DNA from: Lingula anatina
Lineage: Eukaryota > Animalia > Brachiopoda
Direction: 5' to 3'
DNA: 64,000 nucleotides
Assembly: GCA_051362555.1 (NCBI GenBank)
Contig: JBPQGU010000016.1
Coordinates: 1,054,001-1,118,000, forward strand
Position 1 is the first letter of the stretch. Each line of letters starts with the position of its first letter. The notes beneath the pieces were generated by a model. The model saw only the letters and a list, made by a program, of their open reading frames with translations. It had not been told where the DNA came from and searched no databases. Shown here piece by piece: positions 1-10,800 of this stretch. The position numbers were made by a program, and so were the translations under genes.

Positions 1-208
1 TGCACATTTGAACGTTTTAATTACAATATACGCTTATTATCCGTTTTGTGAGCAAACGCATTTTTCTTACGGTATAGAACATAACAATAAAATGAAAAAG
101 CAGGGCAAGTAAAGATTACTTGTCTTGAAAAAGTTTGTTGTAATTGTTTATATAATGGATAGGTCTACGTTATCAATAAATACGTTACCAAAAAACGTGA
201 AGGTATTG

Positions 209-627
209 TTTTCTGTTTTCATTCTTTGTTGTCCTTTGGTGCGACACTGTGGATGCGTGCGACGTTGTACATGTGCGCACGCATGTATATACGTCGCTCA
301 TCCTTCTTTGTTACGTTATTATGATACATACGTTACCGTGAAGCGTGTAAATATACATTTATTCTATTTACATTGGTTGTCTTTTGTTTTGTGGGCACAA
401 AACACTTCTGCCTTAAAGTGTTGGCCCACAAAACGAAAGACAAACCACTGTAAATAAAATAAATAAATATTTACACGGATCACGGTAACGTATATATCGG
501 TAACGTATGTATCATTTTAACGTAACAAAGAAGAATGAGCGACGTATAAACATGCGTGCGCACATATACAACGTCACGCGCACACACAGAAGCTTGACAA
601 AGGACAACAAACAATGAAATCAAAAAA
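209..627. repeat. Long imperfect inverted repeat (fold-back/MITE-like palindrome), present in every array unit
   Basis: Arms are ~200 bp. CTTTGTTGTCCTTTG pairs with CAAAGGACAACAAAC; ACGTCGCTCATCCTTCTTTGTTACGTTA with TAACGTAACAAAGAAGAATGAGCGACGT; TTTTGTGGGC with GCCCACAAAA. The apex is AACACTT(401-407)-8 nt loop-AAGTGTT(416-422). Confidence 0.92.
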
Positions 628-800
628 TCATGAACTTTTAAAACGGTCATGAAAAACCTTGGTCGAGGACTGGGGTTGCCCGGGTTGAAATAGGGCACCC
701 GGATTATCGATTGAAATAGCAAATATATACACATGTACATCCAAACTGGCCCTCTCCCTGACAAGCTAGAAAATTTCCATTTGATCCATCACTCAGCAAC

Positions 801-898
801 GAAGCTTCTGTGGCTCCGTGGTAACTCCGTTGCCTTGTGCGTGAGTGTATCCTTGTCCGCTGGTTCGAGACCCAGCAAAATGACTCTGATATTTTTTT
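801..898 (+). ncRNA. Pol III type-2 small RNA gene A, vault-RNA-like (~98 nt); first of 19 copies
   Basis: A-box TGGCTCCGTGG 811-821, B-box GGTTCGAGACC 862-872, T7 terminator 892-898. TGGCTCCGTGGTAACTCCG and TGGTTCGAGACCC resemble the recalled human vtRNA blocks TAGCTCAGCGGTTACTTCG and TGGTTCGAGACCC. It does not fold as a tRNA. Other copies start at 2768, 4735, 6701, 8668, 10635, 12602, 14569, 16536, 18503, 20469, 22435, 24401, 26368, 28335, 30302, 32267, 34232 and 36198. The 5' end is approximate. Confidence 0.5.
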
Positions 899-958
899 CC
901 TAAAAGTAATCTGTAAAATTTGCTTTTGATTACTATAAGAGGAAACTCGTACCTACGG

Positions 959-1165
959 AGGGTGGGCGGGTCAGTCACGGCGCAGTCGGTAGCGTGCTTG
1001 GATGCAAAAAAACAATACAAAGCGTCACCAACCATGGTAACGAGAAGTCACGAGTTCGAATCCCGGATGAGGCACGTCAGTCCATCACGACAACGACCTT
1101 GCCCCCTGTTCGGGCAGTAACCAGAACGAATGCAGGCTCTCGTGGGTCCTAGCAATTTACCTTTT
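959..1165 (+). ncRNA. Pol III type-2 unit B: tRNA-derived structured RNA or SINE-like element (~205 nt); first of 19 copies
   Basis: TATAAG at 934-939, A-box CGGCGCAGTCGG 978-989 within an intact D-arm (GCGC-AGTCGGTA-GCGT), B-box GAGTTCGAATC 1052-1062, first TTTT at 1162-1165. The acceptor and T stems are broken, so this is not a functional tRNA. The G-rich 5' end (959-972) is complementary to GACCTTGCCCCCT (1095-1107). Confidence 0.5.
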
Positions 1166-1731
1166 GCACAATAAAACGATATACTTGAGAATAAGTGATG
1201 GATTTAAAAAGAACATAGTAGCATAAAGTCTGCGTCGTCAATAATATGACATGGGAATGGTCATTGATCTCTATCTTTTTCCAGCTACGTCACCGATCAA
1301 ACTTGCATTGAGCTATTGCTAACCGCGTATAGAGCCTCGCCTGTCATACTGCAATTTCAGCAAAATGGGCTCTTTTCTCGGTGGGATTTTCAGAGGAAAA
1401 AAGTTTTATTTTTTACAAAAGTCGCCCCGCCGCTATTGCTTTTACCAGTTGTAAACTACGTTTGTCTTCTTATGCAACCCCTTCCTATCTTGGGTCCATG
1501 CTTCTCGAGACGGTTCATATGTTCATTCAGTACCCGAGGCAACTCCACAGTCAACAATGAAAGAGTAAAATCTACTCAAAACTGAAACCGCCAAGGTGTG
1601 AACAGCTGTGGATCTCATCGCGCTCTTTAACGTCAAAGGTGAAACCACACGTTATCTCATTGCAAAATAAAATGAAACTAAAAACATCTGAACTCATCTT
1701 ACTAGGAACATTTCCAGCGGATAAGCAATGA

Positions 1732-1851
1732 AACCGATCGACCTTGTATTGATTCAGTAGCTTCAGGTATAACAGCACGTCATACCACCAACCGATCGAC
1801 CTTGAATTGATTCAGTAGCTTCAGGTATAACAAACAACTCGTCATACCACC
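1732..1851. repeat. Two-copy 58 bp direct sub-repeat inside each array unit
   Basis: AACCGATCGACCTTG(T/A)ATTGATTCAGTAGCTTCAGGTATAACA...CGTCATACCACC at 1732-1789 and 1790-1851. Confidence 0.95.
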
Positions 1852-4800
1852 TGTTAACCGCGTTCACCCGAAAAAAAATTTCTTCTGGGCAGAATTATTT
1901 GCCAAATATGTTTTACTCGAAATTCGCATCGACGCAATTGCTTGAATGGAAAAACACACCAGTTTTCTGCACATTTGAACGTTTTAATTACAATATACGC
2001 TTATTATCCGTTTTGTGAGCAAACGCATTTTTCTTACGGTATAGAACATCACAATAAAATGAAAAAGCAGGGCAAGTAAAGATTACTTGTCTTGAAAAAG
2101 TTTGTTGTAATTGTTTATATAATGGATAGGTCTACGTTATCAATAAATACGTTACCAAAAAACGTGAAGGTATTGTTTTCTGTTTTCATTCTTTGTTGTC
2201 CTTTGGTGCGACACTGTGGATGCGTGCGACGTTGTACATGTGCGCACGCATGTATATACGTCGCTCATCCTTCTTTGTTACGTTATTATGATACATACGT
2301 TACCATGAAGCGTGTAAATATACATTTATTCTATTTACATTGGTTGTCTTTTGTTTTGTGGGCACAAAACACTTCTGCCTTAAAGTGTTGGCCCACAAAA
2401 CGAAAGACAAACCACTGTAAATAAAATAAATAAATATTTACACGGATCACGGTAACGTATATATCGGTAACGTATGTATCATTTTAACGTAACAAAGAAG
2501 AATGAGCGACGTATAAACATGCGTGCGCACATATACAACGTCACGCGCACACACAGAGTCTTGACAAAGGACAACAAACAATGAAATCAAAAAATCATGA
2601 ACTTTTAAAACGGTCATGAAAAACCTTGGTCGAGGACTGGGGTTGCCCGGGTTGAAATAGGGCACCCGGATTATCGATTGAAATAGCAAATATATACACA
2701 TGTACATCCAAACTGGCCCTCTCCCTGACAAGCTAGAAAATTTCCATTTGATCCATCACTCAGCAACGAAGCTTCTGTGGCTCCGTGGTAACTCCGTTGC
2801 CTTGTGCGTGAGTGTATCCTTGTCCGCTGGTTCGAGACCCAGCAAAATGACTCTGATATTTTTTTCCTAAAAGTAATCTGTAAAATTTGCTTTTGATTAC
2901 TATAAGAGGAAACTCGTACCTACGGAGGGTGGGCGGGTCAGTCACGGCGCAGTCGGTAGCGTGCTTGGATGCAAAAAAACAATACAAAGCGTCACCAACC
3001 ATGGTAACGAGAAGTCACGAGTTCGAATCCCGGATGAGGCACGTCAGTCCATCACGACAACGACCTTGCCCCCTGTTCGGGCAGTAACCAGAACGAATGC
3101 GGGCTCTCGTGGGTCCTAGCAATTTACCTTTTGCACAATAAAACGATATACTTGAGAATAAGTGATGGATTTAAAAAGAACATAGTAGCATAAAGTCTGC
3201 GTCGTCAATAATATGACATGGGAATGGTCATTGATCTCTATCTTTTTCCAGCTACGTCACCGATCAAACTTGCATTGAGCTATTGCTAACCGCGTATAGA
3301 GCCTCGCCTGTCATACTGCAATTTCAGCAAAATGGGCTCTTTTCTCGGTGGGATTTTCAGAGGAAAAAAGTTTTATTTTTTACAAAAGTCGCCCCGCCGC
3401 TATTGCTTTTACCAGTTGTAAACTACGTTTGTCTTCTTATGCAACCCCTTCCTATCTTGGGTCCATGCTTCTCGAGACGGTTCATATGTTCATTCAGTAC
3501 CCGAGGCAACTCCACAGTCAACAATGAAAGAGTAAAATCTACTCAAAACTGAAACCGCCAAGGTGTGAACAGCTGTGGATCTCATCGCGCTCTTTAACGT
3601 CAAAGGTGAAACCACACGTTATCTCATTGCAAAATAAAATGAAACTAAAAACATCTGAACTCATCTTACTAGGAACATTTCCAGCGGATAAGCAATGAAA
3701 CCGATCGACCTTGTATTGATTCAGTAGCTTCAGGTATAACAGCACGTCATACCACCAACCGATCGACCTTGAATTGATTCAGTAGCTTCAGGTATAACAA
3801 ACAACTCGTCATACCACCTGTTAACCGCGTTCACCCGAAAAAAAATTTCTTCTGGGCAGAATTATTTGCCAAATATGTTTTACTCGAAATTCGCATCGAC
3901 GCAATTGCTTGAATGGAAAAACACACCAGTTTTCTGCACATTTGAACGTTTTAATTACAATATACGCTTATTATCCGTTTTGTGAGCAAACGCATTTTTC
4001 TTACGGTATAGAACATAACAATAAAATGAAAAAGCAGGGCAAGTAAAGATTACTTGTCTTGAAAAAGTTTGTTGTAATTGTTTATATAATGGATAGGTCT
4101 ACGTTATCAATAAATACGTTACCAAAAAACGTGAAGGTATTGTTTTCTGTTTTCATTCTTTGTTGTCCTTTGGTGCGACACTGTGGATGCGTGCGACGTT
4201 GTACATGTGCGCACGCATGTATATACGTCGCTCATCCTTCTTTGTTACGTTATTATGATACATACGTTACCGTGAAGCGTGTAAATATACATTTATTCTA
4301 TTTACATTGGTTGTCTTTTGTTTTGTGGGCACAAAACACTTCTGCCTTAAAGTGTTGGCCCACAAAACGAAAGACAAACCACTGTAAATAAAATAAATAA
4401 ATATTTACACGGATCACGGTAACGTATATATCGGTAACGTATGTATCATTTTAACGTAACAAAGAAGAATGAGCGACGTATAAACATGCGTGCGCACATA
4501 TACAACGTCACGCGCACACACAGAGTCTTGACAAAGGACAACAAACAATGAAATCAAAAAATCATGAACTTTTAAAACGGTCATGAAAAACCTTGGTCGA
4601 GGACTGGGGTTGCCCGGGTTGAAATAGGGCACCCGGATTATCGATTGAAATAGCAAATATATACACATGTACATCCAAACTGGCCCTCTCCCTGACAAGC
4701 TAGAAAATTTCCATTTGATCCATCACTCAGCAACGAAGCTTCTGTGGCTCCGTGGTAACTCCGTTGCCTTGTGCGTGAGTGTATCCTTGTCCGCTGGTTC

Positions 4801-7800
4801 GAGACCCAGCAAAATGACTCTGATATTTTTTTCCTAAAAGTAATCTGTAAAATTTGCTTTTGATTACTATAAGAGGAAACTCGTACCTACGGAGGGTGGG
4901 CGGGTCAGTCACGGCGCAGTCGGTAGCGTGCTTGGATGCAAAAAAACAATACAAAGCGTCACCAACCATGGTAACGAGAAGTCACGAGTTCGAATCCCGG
5001 ATGAGGCACGTCAGTCCATCACGACAACGACCTTGCCCCCTGTTCGGGCAGTAACCAGAACGAATGCGGGCTCTCGTGGGTCCTAGCAATTTACCTTTTG
5101 CACAATAAAACGATATACTTGAGAATAAGTGATGGATTTAAAAAGAACATAGTAGCATAAAGTCTGCGTCGTCAATAATATGACATGGGAATGGTCATTG
5201 ATCTCTATCTTTTTCCAGCTACGTCACCGATCAAACTTGCATTGAGCTATTGCTAACCGCGTATAGAGCCTCGCCTGTCATACTGCAATTTCAGCAAAAT
5301 GGGCTCTTTTCTCGGTGGGATTTTCAGAGGAAAAAAGTTTTATTTTTTACAAAAGTCGCCCCGCCGCTATTGCTTTTACCAGTTGTAAACTACGTTTGTC
5401 TTCTTATGCACCCCCTTCCTATCTTGGGTCCATGCTTCTCGAGACGGTTCATATGTTCATTCAGTACCCGAGGCAACTCCACAGTCAACAATGAAAGAGT
5501 AAAATCTACTCAAAACTGAAACCGCCAAGGTGTGAACAGCTGTGGATCTCATCGCGCTCTTTAACGTCAAAGGTGAAACCACACGTTATCTCATTGCAAA
5601 ATAAAATGAAACTAAAAACATCTGAACTCATCTTACTAGGAACATTTCCAGCGGATAAGCAATGAAACCGATCGACCTTGTATTGATTCAGTAGCTTCAG
5701 GTTTAACAGCACGTCATACCACCAACCGATCGACCTTGAATTGATTCAGTAGCTTCAGGTATAACAAACAACACGTCATACCACCTGTTAACCGCGTTCA
5801 CCCGAAAAAAAATTTCTTCTGGGCAGAATTATTTGCCAAATATGTTTTACTCGAAATTCGCATCGACGCAATTGCTTGAATGGAAAACACACCAGTTTTC
5901 TGCACATTTGAACGTTTTAATTACAATAAACGCTTATTATCCGTTTTGTGAGCAAACGCATTTTTCTTACGGTATAGAACATAACAATAAAATGAAAAAG
6001 CAGGGCAAGTAAAGATTACTTGTCTTGAAAAAGTTTGTTGTAATTGTTTATATAATGGATAGGTCTACGTTATCAATAAATACGTTACCAAAAAACGTGA
6101 AGGTATTGTTTTCTGTTTTCATTCTTTGTTGTCCTTTGGTGCGACACTGTGGGTGCGTGCGACGTTGTACATGTGCGCACGCATGTATATACGTCGCTCA
6201 TCCTTCTTTGTTACGTTATTATGATACATACGTTACCATGAAGCGTGTAAATATACATTTATTCTATTTACATTGGTTGTCTTTTGTTTTGTGGGCACAA
6301 AACACTTCTGCCTTAAAGTGTTGGCCCACAAAACGAAAGACAAACCACTGTAAATAAAATAAATAAATATTTACACGGATCACGGTAACGTATATATCGG
6401 TAACGTATGTATCATTTTAACGTAACAAAGAAGAATGAGCGACGTATAAACATGCGTGCGCACATATACAACGTCACGCGCACACACAGAGTCTTGACAA
6501 AGGACAACAAACAATGAAATCAAAAAATCATGAACTTTTAAAACGGTCATGAAAAACCTTGGTCGAGGACTGGGGTTGCCCGGGTTGAAATAGGGCACCC
6601 GGATTATCGATTGAAATAGCAAATATATACACATGTACATCCAAACTGGCCCTCTCCCTGACAAGCTAGAAAATTTCCATTTGATCCATCACTCAGCAAC
6701 GAAGCTTCTGTGGCTCCGTGGTAACTCCGTTGCCTTGTGCGTGAGTGTATCCTTGTCCGCTGGTTCGAGACCCAGCAAAATGACTCTGATATTTTTTTCC
6801 TAAAAGTAATCTGTAAAATTTGCTTTTGATTACTATAAGAGGAAACTCGTACCTACGGAGGGTGGGCGGGTCAGTCACGGCGCAGTCGGTAGCGTGCTTG
6901 GATGCAAAAAAACAATACAAAGCGTCACCAACCATGGTAACGAGAAGTCACGAGTTCGAATCCCGGATGAGGCACGTCAGTCCATCACGACAACGACCTT
7001 GCCCCCTGTTCGGGCAGTAACCAGAACGAATGCGGGCTCTCGTGGGTCCTAGCAATTTACCTTTTGCACAATAAAACGATATACTTGAGAATAAGTGATG
7101 GATTTAAAAAGAACATAGTAGCATAAAGTCTGCGTCGTCAATAATATGACATGGGAATGGTCATTGATCTCTATCTTTTTCCAGCTACGTCACCGATCAA
7201 ACTTGCATTGAGCTATTGCTAACCGCGTATAGAGCCTCGCCTGTCATACTGCAATTTCAGCAAAATGGGCTCTTTTCTCGGTGGGATTTTCAGAGGAAAA
7301 AAGTTTTATTTTTTACAAAAGTCGCCCCGCCGCTATTGCTTTTACCAGTTGTAAACTACGTTTGTCTTCTTATGCAACCCCTTCCTATCTTGGGTCCATG
7401 CTTCTCGAGACGGTTCATATGTTCATTCAGTACCCGAGGCAACTCCACAGTCAACAATGAAAGAGTAAAATCTACTCAAAACTGAAACCGCCAAGGTGTG
7501 AACAGCTGTGGATCTCATCGCGCTCTTTAACGTCAAAGGTGAAACCACACGTTATCTCATTGCAAAATAAAATGAAACTAAAAACATCTGAACTCATCTT
7601 ACTAGGAACATTTCCAGCGGATAAGCAATGAAACCGATCGACCTTGTATTGATTCAGTAGCTTCAGGTATAACAGCACGTCATACCACCAACCGATCGAC
7701 CTTGAATTGATTCAGTAGCTTCAGGTATAACAAACAACTCGTCATACCACCTGTTAACCGCGTTCACCCGAAAAAAAATTTCTTCTGGGCAGAATTATTT

Positions 7801-10800
7801 GCCAAATATGTTTTACTCGAAATTCGCATCGACGCAATTGCTTGAATGGAAAAACACACCAGTTTTCTGCACATTTGAACGTTTTAATTACAATATACGC
7901 TTATTATCCGTTTTGTGAGCAAACGCATTTTTCTTACGGTATAGAACATAACAATAAAATGAAAAAGCAGGGCAAGTAAAGATTACTTGTCTTGAAAAAG
8001 TTTGTTGTAATTGTTTATATAATGGATAGGTCTACGTTATCAATAAATACGTTACCAAAAAACGTGAAGGTATTGTTTTCTGTTTTCATTCTTTGTTGTC
8101 CTTTGGTGCGACACTGTGGATGCATGCGACGTTGTACATGTGCGCACGCATGTATATACGTCGCTCATCCTTCTTTGTTACGTTATTATGATACATACGT
8201 TACCGTGAAGCGTGTAAATATACATTTATTCTATTTACATTGGTTGTCTTTTGTTTTGTGGGCACAAAACACTTCTGCCTTAAAGTGTTGGCCCACAAAA
8301 CGAAAGACAAACCACTGTAAATAAAATAAATAAATATTTACACGGATCACGGTAACGTATATATCGGTAACGTATGTATCATTTTAACGTAACAAAGAAG
8401 AATGAGCGACGTATAAACATGCGTGCGCACATATACAACGTCACGCGCACACACAGAGTCTTGACAAAGGACAACAAACAATGAAATCAAAAAATCATGA
8501 ACTTTTAAAACGGTCATGAAAAACCTTGGTCGAGGACTGGGGTTGCCCGGGTTGAAATAGGGCACCCGGATTATCGATTGAAATAGCAAATATATACACA
8601 TGTACATCCAAACTGGCCCTCTCCCTGACAAGCTAGAAAATTTCCATTTGATCCATCACTCAGCAACGAAGCTTCTGTGGCTCCGTGGTAACTCCGTTGC
8701 CTTGTGCGTGAGTGTATCCTTGTCCGCTGGTTCGAGACCCAGCAAAATGACTCTGATATTTTTTTCCTAAAAGTAATCTGTAAAATTTGCTTTTGATTAC
8801 TATAAGAGGAAACTCGTACCTACGGAGGGTGGGCGGGTCAGTCACGGCGCAGTCGGTAGCGTGCTTGGATGCAAAAAAACAATACAAAGCGTCACCAACC
8901 ATGGTAACGAGAAGTCACGAGTTCGAATCCCGGATGAGGCACGTCAGTCCATCACGACAACGACCTTGCCCCCTGTTCGGGCAGTAACCAGAACGAATGC
9001 GGGCTCTCGTGGGTCCTAGCAATTTACCTTTTGCACAATAAAACGATATACTTGAGAATAAGTGATGGATTTAAAAAGAACATAGTAGCATAAAGTCTGC
9101 GTCGTCAATAATATGACATGGGAATGGTCATTGATCTCTATCTTTTTCCAGCTACGTCACCGATCAAACTTGCATTGAGCTATTGCTAACCGCGTATAGA
9201 GCCTCGCCTGTCATACTGCAATTTCAGCAAAATGGGCTCTTTTCTCGGTGGGATTTTCAGAGGAAAAAAGTTTTATTTTTTACAAAAGTCGCCCCGCCGC
9301 TATTGCTTTTACCAGTTGTAAACTACGTTTGTCTTCTTATGCAACCCCTTCCTATCTTGGGTCCATGCTTCTCGAGACGGTTCATATGTTCATTCAGTAC
9401 CCGAGGCAACTCCACAGTCAACAATGAAAGAGTAAAATCTACTCAAAACTGAAACCGCCAAGGTGTGAACAGCTGTGGATCTCATCGCGCTCTTTAACGT
9501 CAAAGGTGAAACCACACGTTATCTCATTGCAAAATAAAATGAAACTAAAAACATCTGAACTCATCTTACTAGGAACATTTCCAGCGGATAAGCAATGAAA
9601 CCGATCGACCTTGTATTGATTCAGTAGCTTCAGGTATAACAGCACGTCATACCACCAACCGATCGACCTTGAATTGATTCAGTAGCTTCAGGTATAACAA
9701 ACAACTCGTCATACCACCTGTTAACCGCGTTCACCCGAAAAAAAATTTCTTCTGGGCAGAATTATTTGCCAAATATGTTTTACTCGAAATTCGCATCGAC
9801 GCAATTGCTTGAATGGAAAAACACACCAGTTTTCTGCACATTTGAACGTTTTAATTACAATATACGCTTATTATCCGTTTTGTGAGCAAACGCATTTTTC
9901 TTACGGTATAGAACATAACAATAAAATGAAAAAGCAGGGCAAGTAAAGATTACTTGTCTTGAAAAAGTTTGTTGTAATTGTTTATATAATGGATAGGTCT
10001 ACGTTATCAATAAATACGTTACCAAAAAACGTGAAGGTATTGTTTTCTGTTTTCATTCTTTGTTGTCCTTTGGTGCGACACTGTGGATGCGTGCGACGTT
10101 GTACATGTGCGCACGCATGTATATACGTCGCTCATCCTTCTTTGTTACGTTATTATGATACATACGTTACCGTGAAGCGTGTAAATATACATTTATTCTA
10201 TTTACATTGGTTGTCTTTTGTTTTGTGGGCACAAAACACTTCTGCCTTAAAGTGTTGGCCCACAAAACGAAAGACAAACCACTGTAAATAAAATAAATAA
10301 ATATTTACACGGATCACGGTAACGTATATATCGGTAACGTATGTATCATTTTAACGTAACAAAGAAGAATGAGCGACGTATAAACATGCGTGCGCACATA
10401 TACAACGTCACGCGCACACACAGAGTCTTGACAAAGGACAACAAACAATGAAATCAAAAAATCATGAACTTTTAAAACGGTCATGAAAAACCTTGGTCGA
10501 GGACTGGGGTTGCCCGGGTTGAAATAGGGCACCCGGATTATCGATTGAAATAGCAAATATATACACATGTACATCCAAACTGGCCCTCTCCCTGACAAGC
10601 TAGAAAATTTCCATTTGATCCATCACTCAGCAACGAAGCTTCTGTGGCTCCGTGGTAACTCCGTTGCCTTGTGCGTGAGTGTATCCTTGTCCGCTGGTTC
10701 GAGACCCAGCAAAATGACTCTGATATTTTTTTCCTAAAAGTAATCTGTAAAATTTGCTTTTGATTACTATAAGAGGAAACTCGTACCTACGGAGGGTGGG

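Noticed and set aside
971-1074. Intron-containing tRNA (GCA after the D-arm, Cys-like)
   Set aside because: The acceptor stem (TCAGTCA vs ATGAGGC) does not pair, the T stem has two mismatches and the anticodon loop is non-canonical. Kept only as tRNA-derived.
1060-1140. Hammerhead or HDV-like ribozyme (GGATGAG; hairpin followed by CGAATG)
   Set aside because: There is no CTGATGA/GAAA core, and no P1/P3/L3 arrangement can be built.
1320-1863. TAACCGCGT twice per unit and again at ~41024, as a possible snRNA PSE
   Set aside because: Matches of this length are expected by chance, and no snRNA follows at the expected distance.
1732-1870. CRISPR-like repeat or 5S rRNA start (CATACCACC)
   Set aside because: Only two adjacent copies with no spacers, in a eukaryotic context. 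The rest of 5S and its internal control region are absent.
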